Assembly: GCA_038087875.1 (NCBI GenBank)
Contig: JAXLNO010000236.1
Span: forward strand, 1 to 64,000
Length of the DNA stretch: 64,000 bases
DNA from: Malacoraja senta
Taxonomy: Eukaryota
Reading direction: 5' to 3'
Within the stretch, counting starts at the first letter, position 1. Each line of letters opens with the position of its first letter. The position numbers and the translations under genes were made by a program. The notes under the pieces are model-generated. The model saw only the letters and a program-made list of their open reading frames with translations. It ran no database searches and had not been told where the DNA came from. This document shows positions 12,707 through 25,624 of this stretch, one piece after another.

Positions 12707-13058
12707 AGGGCCTGTCCCACTGTACGAAGTAAATCAAGAGTTCTCCCGAGTTTTTCCCGATTCAAACTCGGAGAATGTCCGTAGTGGGTCCGTAGGAGTT
12801 CGTGGATGTCTCGTAGCGGCTCGTACGAGTAACGGTAGGTACTCGGGAAATCCGGTAAACTCGTGACGTTTTTTCAACACTGTGAAAATGTTCACGAGTA
12901 AAAAAATACTCGTGATGATTTTTTTAACTTTTTACTCGTACGAGCCGCTACGAGACATCCACGAACTCCTACGGACCCGCTACGGACATTCTCCGAGTTC
13001 GAATCAGGGGAAAACTCAGGAGAACTCTTGAATTACCTCGTACAGTGGGACAGGCCCT
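12707..13058. mobile_element. PIF/Harbinger MITE, almost fully palindromic
   Basis: Same TIR; TAA TSD on both sides; arms of about 140 bp. Confidence 0.92.
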
Positions 13059-13386
13059 TAATATTTTTTCTGGCTGGTGCTCCATTAAGATGGCACAAAG
13101 TACCAACCCATCCAACCACTTTCTGAAAACAAAACCAATTAAAAGCAAGCAATCACAAGCTTTGATTGATAACGTTTCAACTTTTATTCACTAGTTTCGG
13201 AAGTGTTTTTTTACCAGTCACTAATAGTCCACACATCACACACAGCAAGCAACACATTTCTGATAGTTACTTACAGTAAAATAATTTCCACTTTTCTTTG
13301 AAATTAAAACCCTGGTTAAAAAGTCAATACTCCAGTGCCAAGAACCACGAGATGACCACTAGAAGTCCCAATTCCCTTGAACCAGA

Positions 13387-13473
13387 AGAAGGGTTTCGGC
13401 CCGAAACATTGCCCATTTCCTTCGCTCCATAGATGCTGCCTCACCCGCTGAGTTTCTCCAGTATTTTTGTCTA
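13387..13473 (+). mobile_element. Solo Penelope terminal unit with 12-bp flanking direct repeat
   Basis: CCTTGAACCAGA at 13375-13386 and 13474-13485. Confidence 0.8.
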
Positions 13474-13959
13474 CCTTGAACCAGATTCAGGTTTAGTTCC
13501 ACAACGGGCGGTACAAAGATACAAACGGTTCTCCCTCTGCTGGGATCAAACCCTGATGCCGTCTATGAAGTACGCCAGACATAGCTCTGTGTATGCTTAA
13601 CTGTAGCAAGCAGGAAGTATCAGAGCCAATTTGTGAAGTGGGCTGAGCTAACTACTCTCTCAGCCAAGTCATCTGTAGATCGGCCACAAATGGACATCAA
13701 GGACCTCAGCTAGAAAAGGAAAACGGCAGCATAGAGCTTTTCTCCCAATCACTCGTGCTCAAAGTAAATAAGCATCAAGACTGTCTAAGGTGAAAATAAG
13801 TAGCAAACTCGACCTGAAGGCTTGAGAGGGGGAAGATCACAGGACTAAAACTGAGTATTTTTGATTTGCTCATCTCATCCTGATACAATTTCTAGAAACA
13901 CATTTGAGGGCTCAGTTTTAGCCAAGTCAAAATAAAGTATCATTCATTCTTTTTCAATG

Positions 13960-14140
13960 TCCAAGCCAATTCACCTACAAACCTGTACGTCTTTGGAGTG
14001 TGGGAGGAAACCAGAGATCCCGGAGAAACCCATGCAGGTCACGGGGAGAACGTACAAACTCTGTATCGACAGCGCTCGTAGTCAGGATCAAACCAGAGTC
14101 TATAGCGCTGTAAGGCAGTAACTCTGCTGCTGTGCCGCTA
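13960..14140 (-). mobile_element. V-domain SINE, 5' part
   Basis: Core matches the other copies. Confidence 0.8.
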
Positions 14141-16337
14141 CAAGGCTTCTGCTAGTGTGTCCATGTTCTCCAGAGATGCTGCTTGACCTGCTGAGTTACT
14201 CTAGCACTACATGTCCTTTTGTGCAAACCAGCACCTGCAGTTCCTTGATTCTACTCTATATGCCTCTTAGATTGGAAAACTGAATCTCAGAATTTTTAAA
14301 ACATTTCATTCATGGAATGTGGACATTACTGCAATGCCAATATTCCCCATCCGTTCCTGATTGGCCCTGCTGAGGGGTCCATTTTGGATGGTTGATTGGA
14401 CTTCCAAGGCCAGACCAGGTAAGTATGACAGATTTCTTTCCCCGAGGGACTTTAGCAAACCAGGTGGGTCTTTTACAACAATCCAGTAGCTTCATGGTTA
14501 CGGTTACCAAGGCTAGCGCTTTCCTTAAATACTCGATTTATTTAATCACTCCAATCTAAGTTTCCCAGCTGCCACAACAGGATTCAAATTCATGTCAAGA
14601 ACTCTGGGCGCTGCTCTGGTACCTAAACCAAAGTTACAGCATCTTTTAATATACCCAGTCTTCCTCAGGAGAAAACCAATCTCCCATTCACCTGAGCTAC
14701 AAGGAATTGACGGCATGAACTTCGCATCACTTCATATTATAGCAGCACATTGTTCCAAGTTCACGCATTTCTGACTGATTTGGTCCAAAGTAACCAAAGC
14801 ATCACACAAACTATCACACAAGTTCTGATGTAAATTTTCGAACAACATTTAAGTGATGCCTTGTACTCCACAAATTCCCATTCTGTTGGTTGTAGAGGTG
14901 AGCTAATACCAGCAGACTGAACTACCGCAGACACTATGGCAGCACGACTGAGCAAGAAACTAGAAAAGAACCACATGGAATATGAGAATTTGTAATGGCA
15001 ACAGTTCTTGTGCCCCCTGTAGAGACCCTTGTTCAAAATGAACTAATGTACTGGGCACATCAAACCTGCATTCAGAACGCCAAATCCTTGATTATTCAAC
15101 TGGACCACCGAGTCATATTGAAACAAGATTCCAACTTAGACAAACACACCTTCAAATATATATATTGATCATCAGCTGCTACACCCCTTAATCATTCTAG
15201 GCTAACTATTTCCTTCACATAACTGCGTTATTTTCTAAACATGTATCTAAAATGTACAGCGCATGTTAAAAAGTCAATGGCAAGGAAAGTCCCAAACAGA
15301 ATTGGCAGTTTTCCTAACTTTCAATTAAAAACTATCAAAATAAATTATCTATTAAAGTATATAAAATAACACTGGGCGCTAATTTTGGTATTCCCATTAC
15401 AATGGGCAGAATCAACATGAACATATGGCTATTAAGCATTAGCCAATACATTGATATTTTCATTGAATATAGACCATTATAAAAGCCATCCTTGACCTCT
15501 GCTTGTATTACTGTACTAAAGTTGTGCGCTGACAAGATACATTACCTGCATATATCATTGAGTGGACATCCACTCCAAAGTGAACCAACTCCACCAGTTC
15601 AGGTCTCTTTTGCCAATCTCATTGTGTTGCCATTGAAAGACTGCCAATACCACACCAACGCCTGTACCCATCGGCAGCCAATACATTGCGCTGATTGGCA
15701 ATGAATCCAGAAAAGTGCTATGCCACCATTCCTCTAATCTCAACTGTCTTTACAGAGGCCTTACTATCTATGGCGGTATGCAGAGTACTGCCCTGCCGAC
15801 TACAAATTCAGAAGGTTCAGAAGTTATGAATATATAACATGCATGTATTATTGGTGGGAAAAGAGAACAGTTTTACATCACATCAATGTCAGCGGAGAAA
15901 TGTTTCGTTCCCACGCGAGTGCCACACGGTAGTAAGTGTGCATGTACCAGCCTAACTCCATGCACATCAGCATTCAATGCAGATGGGCAACTTGGGAGAG
16001 ATTTGCATTCACTTTGCGCCTTGTCCCCAAGAAGTGTGGCAAAGAACTTCACTGTGGAATGAATTAGTGCAGAAGCTGGAGCGTCGGTCGAGCTTCAATT
16101 ACTCAGAACGGCTTGTGGTCCACGGAGAAAATGGCACGACTATGAAATGATACCAATTACACAAACAGAAAATCAAAAATAAGAAACAAGCTAACAGTAG
16201 CATTGAATTCAATTAGCTCAAATCACTAATGCATTGTATAGTTAGTTATACCAGTGAAGCATAGCTACCACTTGTATACAGAAGAAATATCTTTGATCAT
16301 GCTCACTCCGTAACTTAAGGGCACACAGAAAAATGAT

Positions 16338-16343
16338 TTTATT
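16338..16343 (-). terminator. Candidate PYM1 poly(A) signal AATAAA (others at 16959-16964 and 13183-13188)
   Basis: AATAAA about 700 nt after the stop with T/GT-rich sequence downstream. Confidence 0.45.
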
Positions 16344-17035
16344 AAAACCTTTAGACAAGTGTTCACCGCATGGGAGTCATACAAATATCAATTAATTATC
16401 CCCCAACAATGGGAGCAAGCACAATTCGAAAAATAATCAGCAGATATCAGTTAGTGCAATAGCACCCCAAAGAGGGTCATTTTGATTTCAATGTTCCCAT
16501 TTGATGATACATCTTATTCCCCATCATTAAATTTGCTTCTCAATCCAAATTCAATGCACAAAAGAAGACGAGAAACTTGGGAAGGAGGTGGGAAAAAAAA
16601 GTGCCAGAACCATTTCTGGCGGATTAAACACTGGTTTGTTTTTTCCTCCATTACGTGGAAAGCACCCGAGATGATTTCCAGACTTCTCAGCATGGCGAGC
16701 CCCTGGTTCAGGACGAGCACACAGCGAGAGGTGCAGCACAAAGTCACGTAGTGTAACAGCGAAGACCAAATGCAGTCTATAGACAGTCTGTACAGTACAT
16801 TAATCCCATATCACTTTCTTGCACATACGAAGGAGTGTTTAAAAAATAGTTCCATCAGTTCTGTTAAAACTAACTTGAAAGGCCGCACAATTACAAGGAC
16901 CAGCATGGGCATTGATGTCCCATTGAGTGACCCTTGATCTCAGTCGGATGCATACCCATTTATTGTCTGACAGTTACTTGGCATGGATATGGAATCATGA
17001 CACTCCCCGCATCCTTGGAAGCGTACATATTTTCC

Positions 17036-17510
17036 CTATAAACCCAGTTCCAAATCCTCCAGCTCCTCCATCAGCTGTTTTCGGCGGCTCAGCTTTTCCA
17101 GCTGCTCCTTTGTTGCCTGCTTAATCTCACCAGAGTCTAGCTTTTGCTGTAGTTCATCGATTTGGCGCAGCTTTTTTTTGAGATTTTTTACCTTTTTTGC
17201 CTTCTCTGCTCCCTCGTGGTCCTCCTGCAGTGCAGCCGCTGCCAGCGGGCTTGGATTGCCACTGCCACCAGCAATGGTGGTTTTCTGCAAAGTTTGGCTC
17301 AGCTCATCGGCCTCGGCGGTGCCGTCACATTCCTGCTGCTGTTTGCGCTTCTCTTTGCGCTTGAGGTTGCGTTTAGCCGACTTGGACAACCCAACTAGCT
17401 CTCCGTCCTGCTTGGACTGTTGCTGCTTGCTTTTGTCGGATTCATCTGCGTTAAGGCCTGGCGGCAGGTCTGGTTTGCTTTTGAAAAACTTCACAAACTT
17501 GTTCTCGTAC
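17036..17510 (-). CDS. PYM1: PYM1 exon 3 coding part (475 nt)
   Basis: gtgcag| acceptor; lies in ORF 17036..17560; TAG stop. Confidence 0.96.
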
Positions 17511-20500
17511 CTGCACACAACAAATACAGATAATAACAGGCCATGCGAACTGGGATACAATTAGATTATCTTACAACAAAGTTCTATTTCCCCAGACTCG
17601 CTCCCTTTCTCTCCCAGCTCTTGCCCAACAAGTTTCACAGGCACAAACCCACTGAATTTAAGTGACCATGTTCCGTGTCTGACCTCCTCAATAAACCAAC
17701 TGAGAACAACTCTAACCCAAGCTGATCTTGTGCACAACCCAGAACCTTTGCAGCACAAGTCATCCTCTAAAGAGTGACAGGTCCATTTTTCCAATAAATG
17801 TAGGGTTGGGAAGAGAAGACTCAAAGCCATTCAATGTATTCAAAATGATCTTCCCCAACGAGCCCTTGGCATACTACTTAATGGGACCTGATAAATCACA
17901 TCTCCCATTTGCTCAGTTTTGCTGCCTCGCCAAAATGAATACAGGATCGGGTTTGGCAGTGATGCCTCTCAACTGAATAACATCATCAATTATTAACAGG
18001 AACCATGACCACTTGAATAAGTTATCACAAGGGTAGATTGTTCCCTTATAGATCAGATCCTACAATTGGGAAAATAAATAGATGGGATTTTTCCTGGAAC
18101 AAAGGGGCTGTATCTATTGGTATGTAAATCCAACTTTTGGTGATATGTAAAAGGTGGCTTCTGCTCCAAGGTGGAAGTCATGGGAAAACGTTAATGCATA
18201 TCAGACAATAGTGTCTGCATGCACCCTGCTGCAGAAGAGGTGTCTTCCAAAACTACTGATGGAAAAGGAGCGAGAGCACTTTGGAAAAAATATATTTATA
18301 ATTAGAAACTTTTTGTTAAAATCATTCAGAAATGAATAGGGGTTTTACTGAGAGTAGTGATAAATGTTATAAACATCTCACCAAGACAGCTCTGGTAAGA
18401 TGTTTCTCTCATGAAAGGCTGCTGGCAGTAGTCATGGTGCTGGTTTAGTTTAGTTCAGAGATACAGTTCGGAAACAGGCTCTTCAGCCCACTGAATCCAC
18501 ACTGACCTGCAATCCCCGCACACCAACACTATCCTACTCACACTAGGGACAATTTACAATTATATCATATACAGCACTGAGATTCAGGTCATGGTGAAAG
18601 CCAGTACAAGTATGCAGTGACACATGGAGCAAATATATTAATTGAAAATCAAAGGAGGCAAATACAAACCTCGAGCTATGAAATTAAATACATGGTCTCA
18701 GGACTTCAAACATGCTGCATTTATTACATTATACATCACATACACCTTACACTGAAAATCAACTAGGGAAAATGACAGGACAAAGGGCCAGAATCCTGCC
18801 TACATTTAAACCCCCCCCCACTAATTCTGCCAAAGGATTACTCCTCCACCCCAAAAAAAACTTGCACCTCCCCTCCCAAAGCCATCTCTTCTCTAATCCC
18901 ATTTCATCCCACTTGCTGGCTGCCAAACCTACCCCACAGTCTAACTCTAGCTTCATGACCCTATTTGCAGTTATGCCCTCAACCTCCATCTTTCTTAGCC
19001 ACACAAGCATCCTCTCCAACTGCAGCCCAAAATCCAACGAGCTGAAGTTTCCTTGTCCACTGTCATCACCCACCAGTTAAAACTTCCCCATCATTGGCAG
19101 ACTGACACCTAAAACTCTGCATTGAGAACTTTGAAGCAGAGAACCATTCCACTAAACCCCACCCATTTTCTTGTGCTTTCTTCACACCATTACTTTGCTG
19201 CAATTTGCAATTAAGTCCTGCAGTTTTTGCAGGCTTTGATATCCACAGTGCCAAGTGATTTTACTAGAATTCAAATCTCATGGCTTCACGATGGAAGTAT
19301 TAGTCCAATGCTGTTTTTTTGTGTGAAATATTTTTAATAACACAAAAGGCGTTTGCACACTATTGCGAGAGGTGCACAATGAATAAGTGCACTTATGAAG
19401 ATCTCCAGATGAGAACATAGGGGGGAGCATGGTGCACCGATGGAAAGGTTGGCTTGCATTGGATGGAAATATGTTGTTATCCCTACAAGAAGGTGCCTTA
19501 ATTTTCAGCAAAATAAACCTACTTTGCGCAGTGAACAAGTGTGGAATCAGGAGTGCATTATTTCTCATGAGAAAATAATAAACACTCATCTGACTCCTTT
19601 TATAATGCAGTTGATACATGCTTAGAAATTCAGCGTAGCGATTTTGCACAAAGATTGCACAATACATGTAATGCACATTTCAAAATTATGCCTGCACTAA
19701 AGTAGGCTTAAAATAATAACAATTTTACCCCTTTACTTTGTACATTGCAAAATAAAAATTAGCCATAGTTTATAATAATTAACATTTGTGTCCAATTACA
19801 AATGTTTGCCAAGCATATTTTTTGGAGCTCCTGAATGACTTGAGGATAAAGGCACAAATTGTGGAAATAAGTCTCACTACATTCTGGGTTCGACTGTAGT
19901 AAGAACAGGAAGAGGGGAAACTAGCAGCAGCAAGCAGAGTCCATATGGGCTTGTGCTGAATGTCACAGTTAGTTCGGGGCGGAGAACCTCAGCAAGTTAG
20001 TTCTCTCGGAAGCAGGGAAAATTAAGAGGGAGATAAAGGAGTTTTCCCATTCTATGCTTGGTTGTCATAAGACACAAAAAAACACGAGCAATCTGCCTGC
20101 AAGCTTTCAGTGCTATTCTGGAGCTTGCCAAGAGGAATGGCGAGGGTAACCTTCTATTCTTCTTAAAAATCAACTGGCCACTCCAGCTCTTTGAAGTGTC
20201 ATGGCTGTAGCAGTTGAAGAAAAGCTGCCTTGGGCTTCAAATTGTTGAATGTACAATATTTGCTTTGGCTCTGTATCCATTTCTTTTCCCCCAATTTCAA
20301 TTGGGAAATTAATTACTAGGAATTGCCAAGGTTGGCCAGCATTCCTAGCAATGAGCCTTAATTTTTAGCACAATAAACCTACTTTGCGCAGTGAACAAGC
20401 GTGGAATCAGGAGTGCATTGGCAATTGCTAGGAATGCTGACCAACCTTGCCCTCCTTAGCCCTGGCATGCAGATTACCTGCAGCACCCACATTGCTTCTA

Positions 20501-23500
20501 CCACTAAGATTAGTTAACATAACCTAGATGTGGAAATTAAATGTGTCAAATTAAGCAGCATTGCCAAGTAGAACAAAGGACAATGGCTTTACAAAATTCA
20601 CTGAGGTTTCTGGACTTGACCTTTTTATTTTAAATCCCAGAGTTAGCCACAGCTCAAAAATCTTGCAACAAGGGATCTAGGTGTTGGGAATTTATAGGAA
20701 ACAACGTAATTTTACTTTCTTCCGTTTCTTCCTGGGGTACTAAAGATCTCAGGCTGGTATGCCAAACTAACTATAGATTGGTACTGCAAATCCAATTATT
20801 TTAGGCACCTGTGAACTGGAGGTAAAATGTGTTGGAAGACATCCTTGGAATTTAACACAAACAGCCATTTTGAAAATGGAACCAGATAGTCGAATGCTGA
20901 CTACATTTCTTCCCCTTGTTACACACTTAATATGGTTAGCATTTTACACCCAATTAAGATGCCAAAACACAATTGGGGATACAAGCTGGACGGTCGCACT
21001 GCAGCTTATCCACTGTCACCTTTGCAACAAAGAAGCCTTCTCAAAGACAGTTGTTGGAATAGTGAAAGTGAAACCACCACAACCACACTTGCAGGTGTAT
21101 GGTTGAGGACAATGATCGTTTAACAGGCTCACCAAGAAGTCATTCTCTCTGATCACCCCCAGTCACTTCCCAACTCAAAGCTAGTATCTTCACCAACTAC
21201 AAGAACTGTAAAATTATAGTCACATATGATGGAAAGTTAAAAAAAAGCCAAATTTTAGATAGCTGAAATACTTTGGTACCTCAACAGGATAACAGTCTGT
21301 GATGTGACAATTGGTGCCACTGTTGTGGATGACAGCAGGTGCTTAGAGACAGTAGGTGTGAACTATGGGGGAACAGACAAACATACAATGAGATAAAAGG
21401 TGGATACCCTACCCCAACCCCACCATAACATATTGCAGAAAAATATTTAATTCACTTAAAATGTTACTTACACTGGCACTTCTTCTGGAGGCACGTATCC
21501 TTCCCTCACACGCCTTGGTTTACGCCAAGTCCCATCAGGGCGCTGTGATGCTGGAATATATTTTCCTACAAATGTTGAGGAAAAATAAGTTTTGAATACA
21601 TACATTGTTTAGTGTCTGCTGTGATTTAAGAGGGGACTCTATTCATTGTGAAATATTCAACATACTCAAAGGAATACCGCATGCAAAATCACAATTGTCT
21701 TCTCATCCAGCAACTGGCAGAGGAGTAAAGTTCAGAACAATTGACATTTGGTGTATTGTCATGTCTAAAATAAGTGGTGGGGAGGGGGTTACAATCAGGA
21801 TTGCGAGAGCATATTTGGCCTATTGAGCTAATGTCCTGCTTTTAAAAAAAAAGATCAATACAATTATTTTCATTCTTGGCTCTCTCTACCACTGCAAATA
21901 CTTTAAAGTACTTATCCGATCCCTTTTGGAAAGCCACAATTGAATCTACTTCTAACATGCTTTTACACAGCAAAGTCAAACACCTAACTATTCACTGTGC
22001 GAGAGTTCTGTTACATGTTATCTGATCTCTTTTGACCTGCACACACCGATTCTCAACTTTCTGCAAATCGAAACACTTCATCTTTATCCCCTTGCCTGCT
22101 GGACAATTCATGATTGCAAACAGCTCTATCAAGTCTCCTCTAAACCTTTCACGCTCAGATTAACAACCACAGCTTCTCCATCTATGCAAAGAGAAGCTGC
22201 TCATCCACAAGACATGTGCACCTTCTCCACAGTTTTTTTCAAATGTACTACCAAACTTTCCTAGTTGCTACTGAACCGTTACTTTATAGATTCAACATAG
22301 CTCTTTCTTTTGTGCCTCAAGACAGAAGCTAATAGCCTGCCTTGGGTTCCATTGTTGTCAATGAAGTGGGTACAATATCAGATCTCCACTTTCAAGCACA
22401 TGTTCCCAGAAACAAAGGCACCACTTTTAACTGAAGTAGCAGTCATACAAGATGTCCTTGTGATAAGTACAAAAAAAAATAGGTGCAGAAGGCCAGTTGG
22501 CCATTCAATACGATCAAGGCTGATCATCTAAAATCAGTACCCCAATTCCTGTTTTTCCCCATATCCCTTGATTCCTTTAGCCCTAAGAGCTAAATCTAAC
22601 TCTCTCTTGAAAAGTAAATACTAATGCAGGATTCCAATTCCAAAGGCAGCAGTAATTCACAAATGCCAATATAACTGTTTTGTGCATTAGCCAAAGAAAT
22701 GGCAATTCAATGGCTACCAAAGCGCAACTAGATTTTTAGAGTCATAGAAAGAAAGTTATACTGCATGGAAACAGGTCCTTTGACCGAACTTGCCCATGCC
22801 AACCAAGATGGCCCACCTGCACTAGTCCTTATTCAAGTACCTGTCAAAATATTTCTTAAATGTTATGACCGTACCTGCCTCAAATACCTCCTTTGGCAGC
22901 TCGTTCCATCCACCCACCATCTCTCTGTACCCCTTTTCCACTCAGGTTCCTATTAAATCTCCCCCACCCTAAACCTATGTCCTCTGGTCAAAAGACTGTG
23001 CATTCCGCGATCTATTCCTCTCGTGGTTTTTAACGCCTCTATAAGATCACCCCTCATTCTCCTGCACACCAAGGAGTGAAGTCCTGGGCTGCTCAACCTC
23101 ACCCTATAGTTTAGGCCCTTGAGCTCTGGCATCAGCCTCGTAAATCTTCGCTGCACCCGTTCCAGCTTGACAACATCTTTCCTAACACGGTGACCAAAAC
23201 TGAACACAATACTCTAAATGTGGCCTCGCTAATGCCTTATACAACTGTAACATGACCTCCCAACTTCTATACTCTGACTGATGAAGGTCAATGTGCCAAA
23301 GGCCTTTTTGACCACCTCATCTACCAGTGATACCACTTTGAAGGAACTACATACCTGCACTCCTAGATCCCTCTGCGCGACAACACTCCCCAGAGTCCTA
23401 CCATTCACCGTGTAGGTCCTGCCATTTGTTAGACTTTGTTTAAAAAACACAAATCAACATAGGCTGTTGTGTTTTAGTCTTTCTTGTCATAACTTTTCTT

Positions 23501-24801
23501 CCCCCTCAAAACCCACCGTTTGGCTATTAACTCTCACAAGCATCCTTCCTGACTGAAGAGACAAGCTTGGTTCCAGGGCCTCTCCAAAATGTACAAAAAC
23601 AAGAGCATTGATGCACCAATTTTGCCTCCCTTCAAGAAAAGTACATGGTTTTCATTCAGAATGAATGAAAGAAAAAGCCCACCCACTCCAATTGACTTAC
23701 TGTTGATGTAACCAAAAACAAATCCTAAAACCTTTCCAATTGTGCAATTTTCACTGAATGTTAAAAATCACAATTTCAAAAAAAGTGTAATCGAAACAAA
23801 ACTCACTTGCGTAGTTAATTGGATTTTGGATCGTGAATCTTCGACGTATAAGCTTCAAAAATTCTAACATTTAAAACGACTAAATTTCAAACAAAGGATT
23901 TAAATGATCAAAATGGAGTGGAGTGAGGGCATTTTAGGGTTAATAATTCTACATCAGACCAAACCCTGGAAATTAGACCAATAGTTCATTATAAATCTCG
24001 GTAAAAAAACGCATTTAAGTTTCAAATAATCAATGCGCTTGTAAATCTTTTTTGACAATTTCGAGTTCGGGTGCTGGGCAATTGATTGGCAATTTTTGGC
24101 GCTAGGCCGCAAGCGAAGCCTCGGACTTTCGTATCTCTCTTAGCCGGCCAGTTGAGGCGGCCTGCGGGTTGGAGACCCGGCCGAAGTGCAATGGTTAGTT
24201 CAAACGGAGAAGGCGCAGGCCACACGACGTACCGTCTTCTGGAGGCCGAGCACCGGCGGCTATTATGGAGCCGGGGAGGGAAAGAGAGCGGCGGCGGCCA
24301 AAGAACCCACTCACCCGTCTCATCCGTCACATAAGGAGCCGCCATGATGAGCGCGCCGGAAGTTGCGCCGCTCGTCTCCCATGGCGGACAGGAGGAGGAC
24401 GACGACGACAGCGCCGCACTGGGATGGGGGGGAAACAACGAGAGGCCCCGCGAATAAACGCGCCTTGAGTTTCCTCGAACCGCCGGGCGGGGGAAAGGAG
24501 GGCAGTGAAGCGGGCCCCGCGCTCCCACAGCGGCAGAAAAATCACCTCACAACTCTCTCCCCCCATCTCCCGCCCGCCATGGCGACCCGCTCCCGCCAAA
24601 GCCAGGCCCCGCAAACCTCTCACGGTTTGAACTCGGTAAAAACCGACCTTCTCCCACGCAAAACACAATTCGTCGATTCACACGCGCACAAAACCCAACA
24701 ATGTCGAGATTTGGTCGAGTTGGTTCCTCTCCCTCACACACACACACACGCGCGCTAAGAGCGAGCCCCCTACCAGAATCGGCGACGGGAACGGCCTCCA
24801 T
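17036..24801 (-). CDS. PYM1: Partner of Y14 and Mago (WIBG), EJC disassembly factor; exon 1a or 1b + exon 2 + exon 3 (198 or 199 aa)
   Basis: [46 protein letters not shown]-terminal domain and [21 protein letters not shown]...EQLEKL...[10 protein letters not shown]-terminus; splice phases consistent. Confidence 0.97.
21472..21565 (-). CDS. PYM1: PYM1 exon 2 (94 nt)
   Basis: ttgtag| acceptor, AGT|gtaagt donor; QRPDGTWRK motif. Confidence 0.96.
22740..23435 (-). mobile_element. CR1-type LINE 3' fragment in PYM1 intron 1
   Basis: QRDLGVQV and [25 protein letters not shown]...RRMRGDLIE remnants. Confidence 0.88.
24315..24345 (-). CDS. PYM1: PYM1 alternative first exon 1b, coding part ([11 protein letters not shown])
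   Basis: atcATGG start, 31 nt to CGG|gtgagt donor, phase 1; matches the vertebrate [12 protein letters not shown]-terminus (recalled). Confidence 0.93.
24774..24801 (-). CDS. PYM1: PYM1 alternative first exon 1a, coding part ([10 protein letters not shown])
   Basis: gccgccATGG Kozak, 28 nt to CTG|gtaggg donor, phase 1 matching exon 2; resembles the human MEAAGSPAATETG N-terminus (recalled). Confidence 0.75.
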
Positions 24802-25193
24802 GGCGGCTCTGTCTGTGGAGTGACGATCTCAATTGAACCAGCAGGGTGAGTGAGTGTGTGTGTGTCAGCGGGTGTGGCCGCCTGCTGCAGGGCAAGAACC
24901 AACACGGCCAGCAAAACACACGCACAACAAACCTAGCCCCCTCCCAAGGCGCAGGAAAAGTGCAGACAATCACATCCTTTTGTTTCCAGTATTTGCACAA
25001 GGAAGCAAAACCCCGCATTTACAGTCATATCGTATCTCAATCCAATTAACGCCAGGTGGATTATTAGGTAGAGGAGCAGTATGAGGCCATTCAACCGTGG
25101 CTGATCTGATTGATAGTAGCATTAAATGAGGACGTTCAGCCCATTGAGTTTGCACTTCATGGTAAATTGTCCCCTCGAAAGTGATCAAAGGTC

Positions 25194-25336
25194 GTGTAAG
25201 AAGGAACTGCAGATGCTGGAAAAACTAGAAGGTAGACAAAGTCTGAAGAAGGGTTTCGGCCCGAAACGTTGCCTATTTCCTTCGCTCCATAGATGCTGCT
25301 GCACCCGCTGAGTTTCTCCAGCACTTTTGTCTACCA
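25194..25336 (+). mobile_element. Penelope terminal unit with inverted 5' piece; intact hammerhead motif 25241-25273
   Basis: CTGAAGA-A-GGGT TTCG GCCC-GAAA-CGTT-GC. Confidence 0.8.
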
Positions 25337-25624
25337 GTGATTGACCTGAAAATGTTAACATTGCTTTTCTCTCCACTGATGGTGCCTGACCCGAGTATTT
25401 CCCGTTTTTCACCCGTTTGGAAGGTGCTGTTTTCACTGCTCTTGCAGGCAGTGGATTCCAGATTACAGACTGTGTTAACATCCCTGTTTTTGTATTTTAA
25501 TTTAGATTTGAACAGATCCTTCTGGCTAGAGATGAGATCTGGTGAACAATTGGTGTGTGGGTCTCGCAGATCAGCAGTGGCATAGAGCGTGGAAACAGGC
25601 CCTTCGTCCCATCTACACTTGTCC

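Larger units (their letters stand above)
24060..24960. promoter_or_regulatory. CpG island / PYM1 promoter; ETS motif CCGGAAGT at 24356-24363 and YY1-like ATGGCGGC motifs
   Basis: GC- and CpG-dense, non-repetitive, spans both first exons. Confidence 0.85.
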
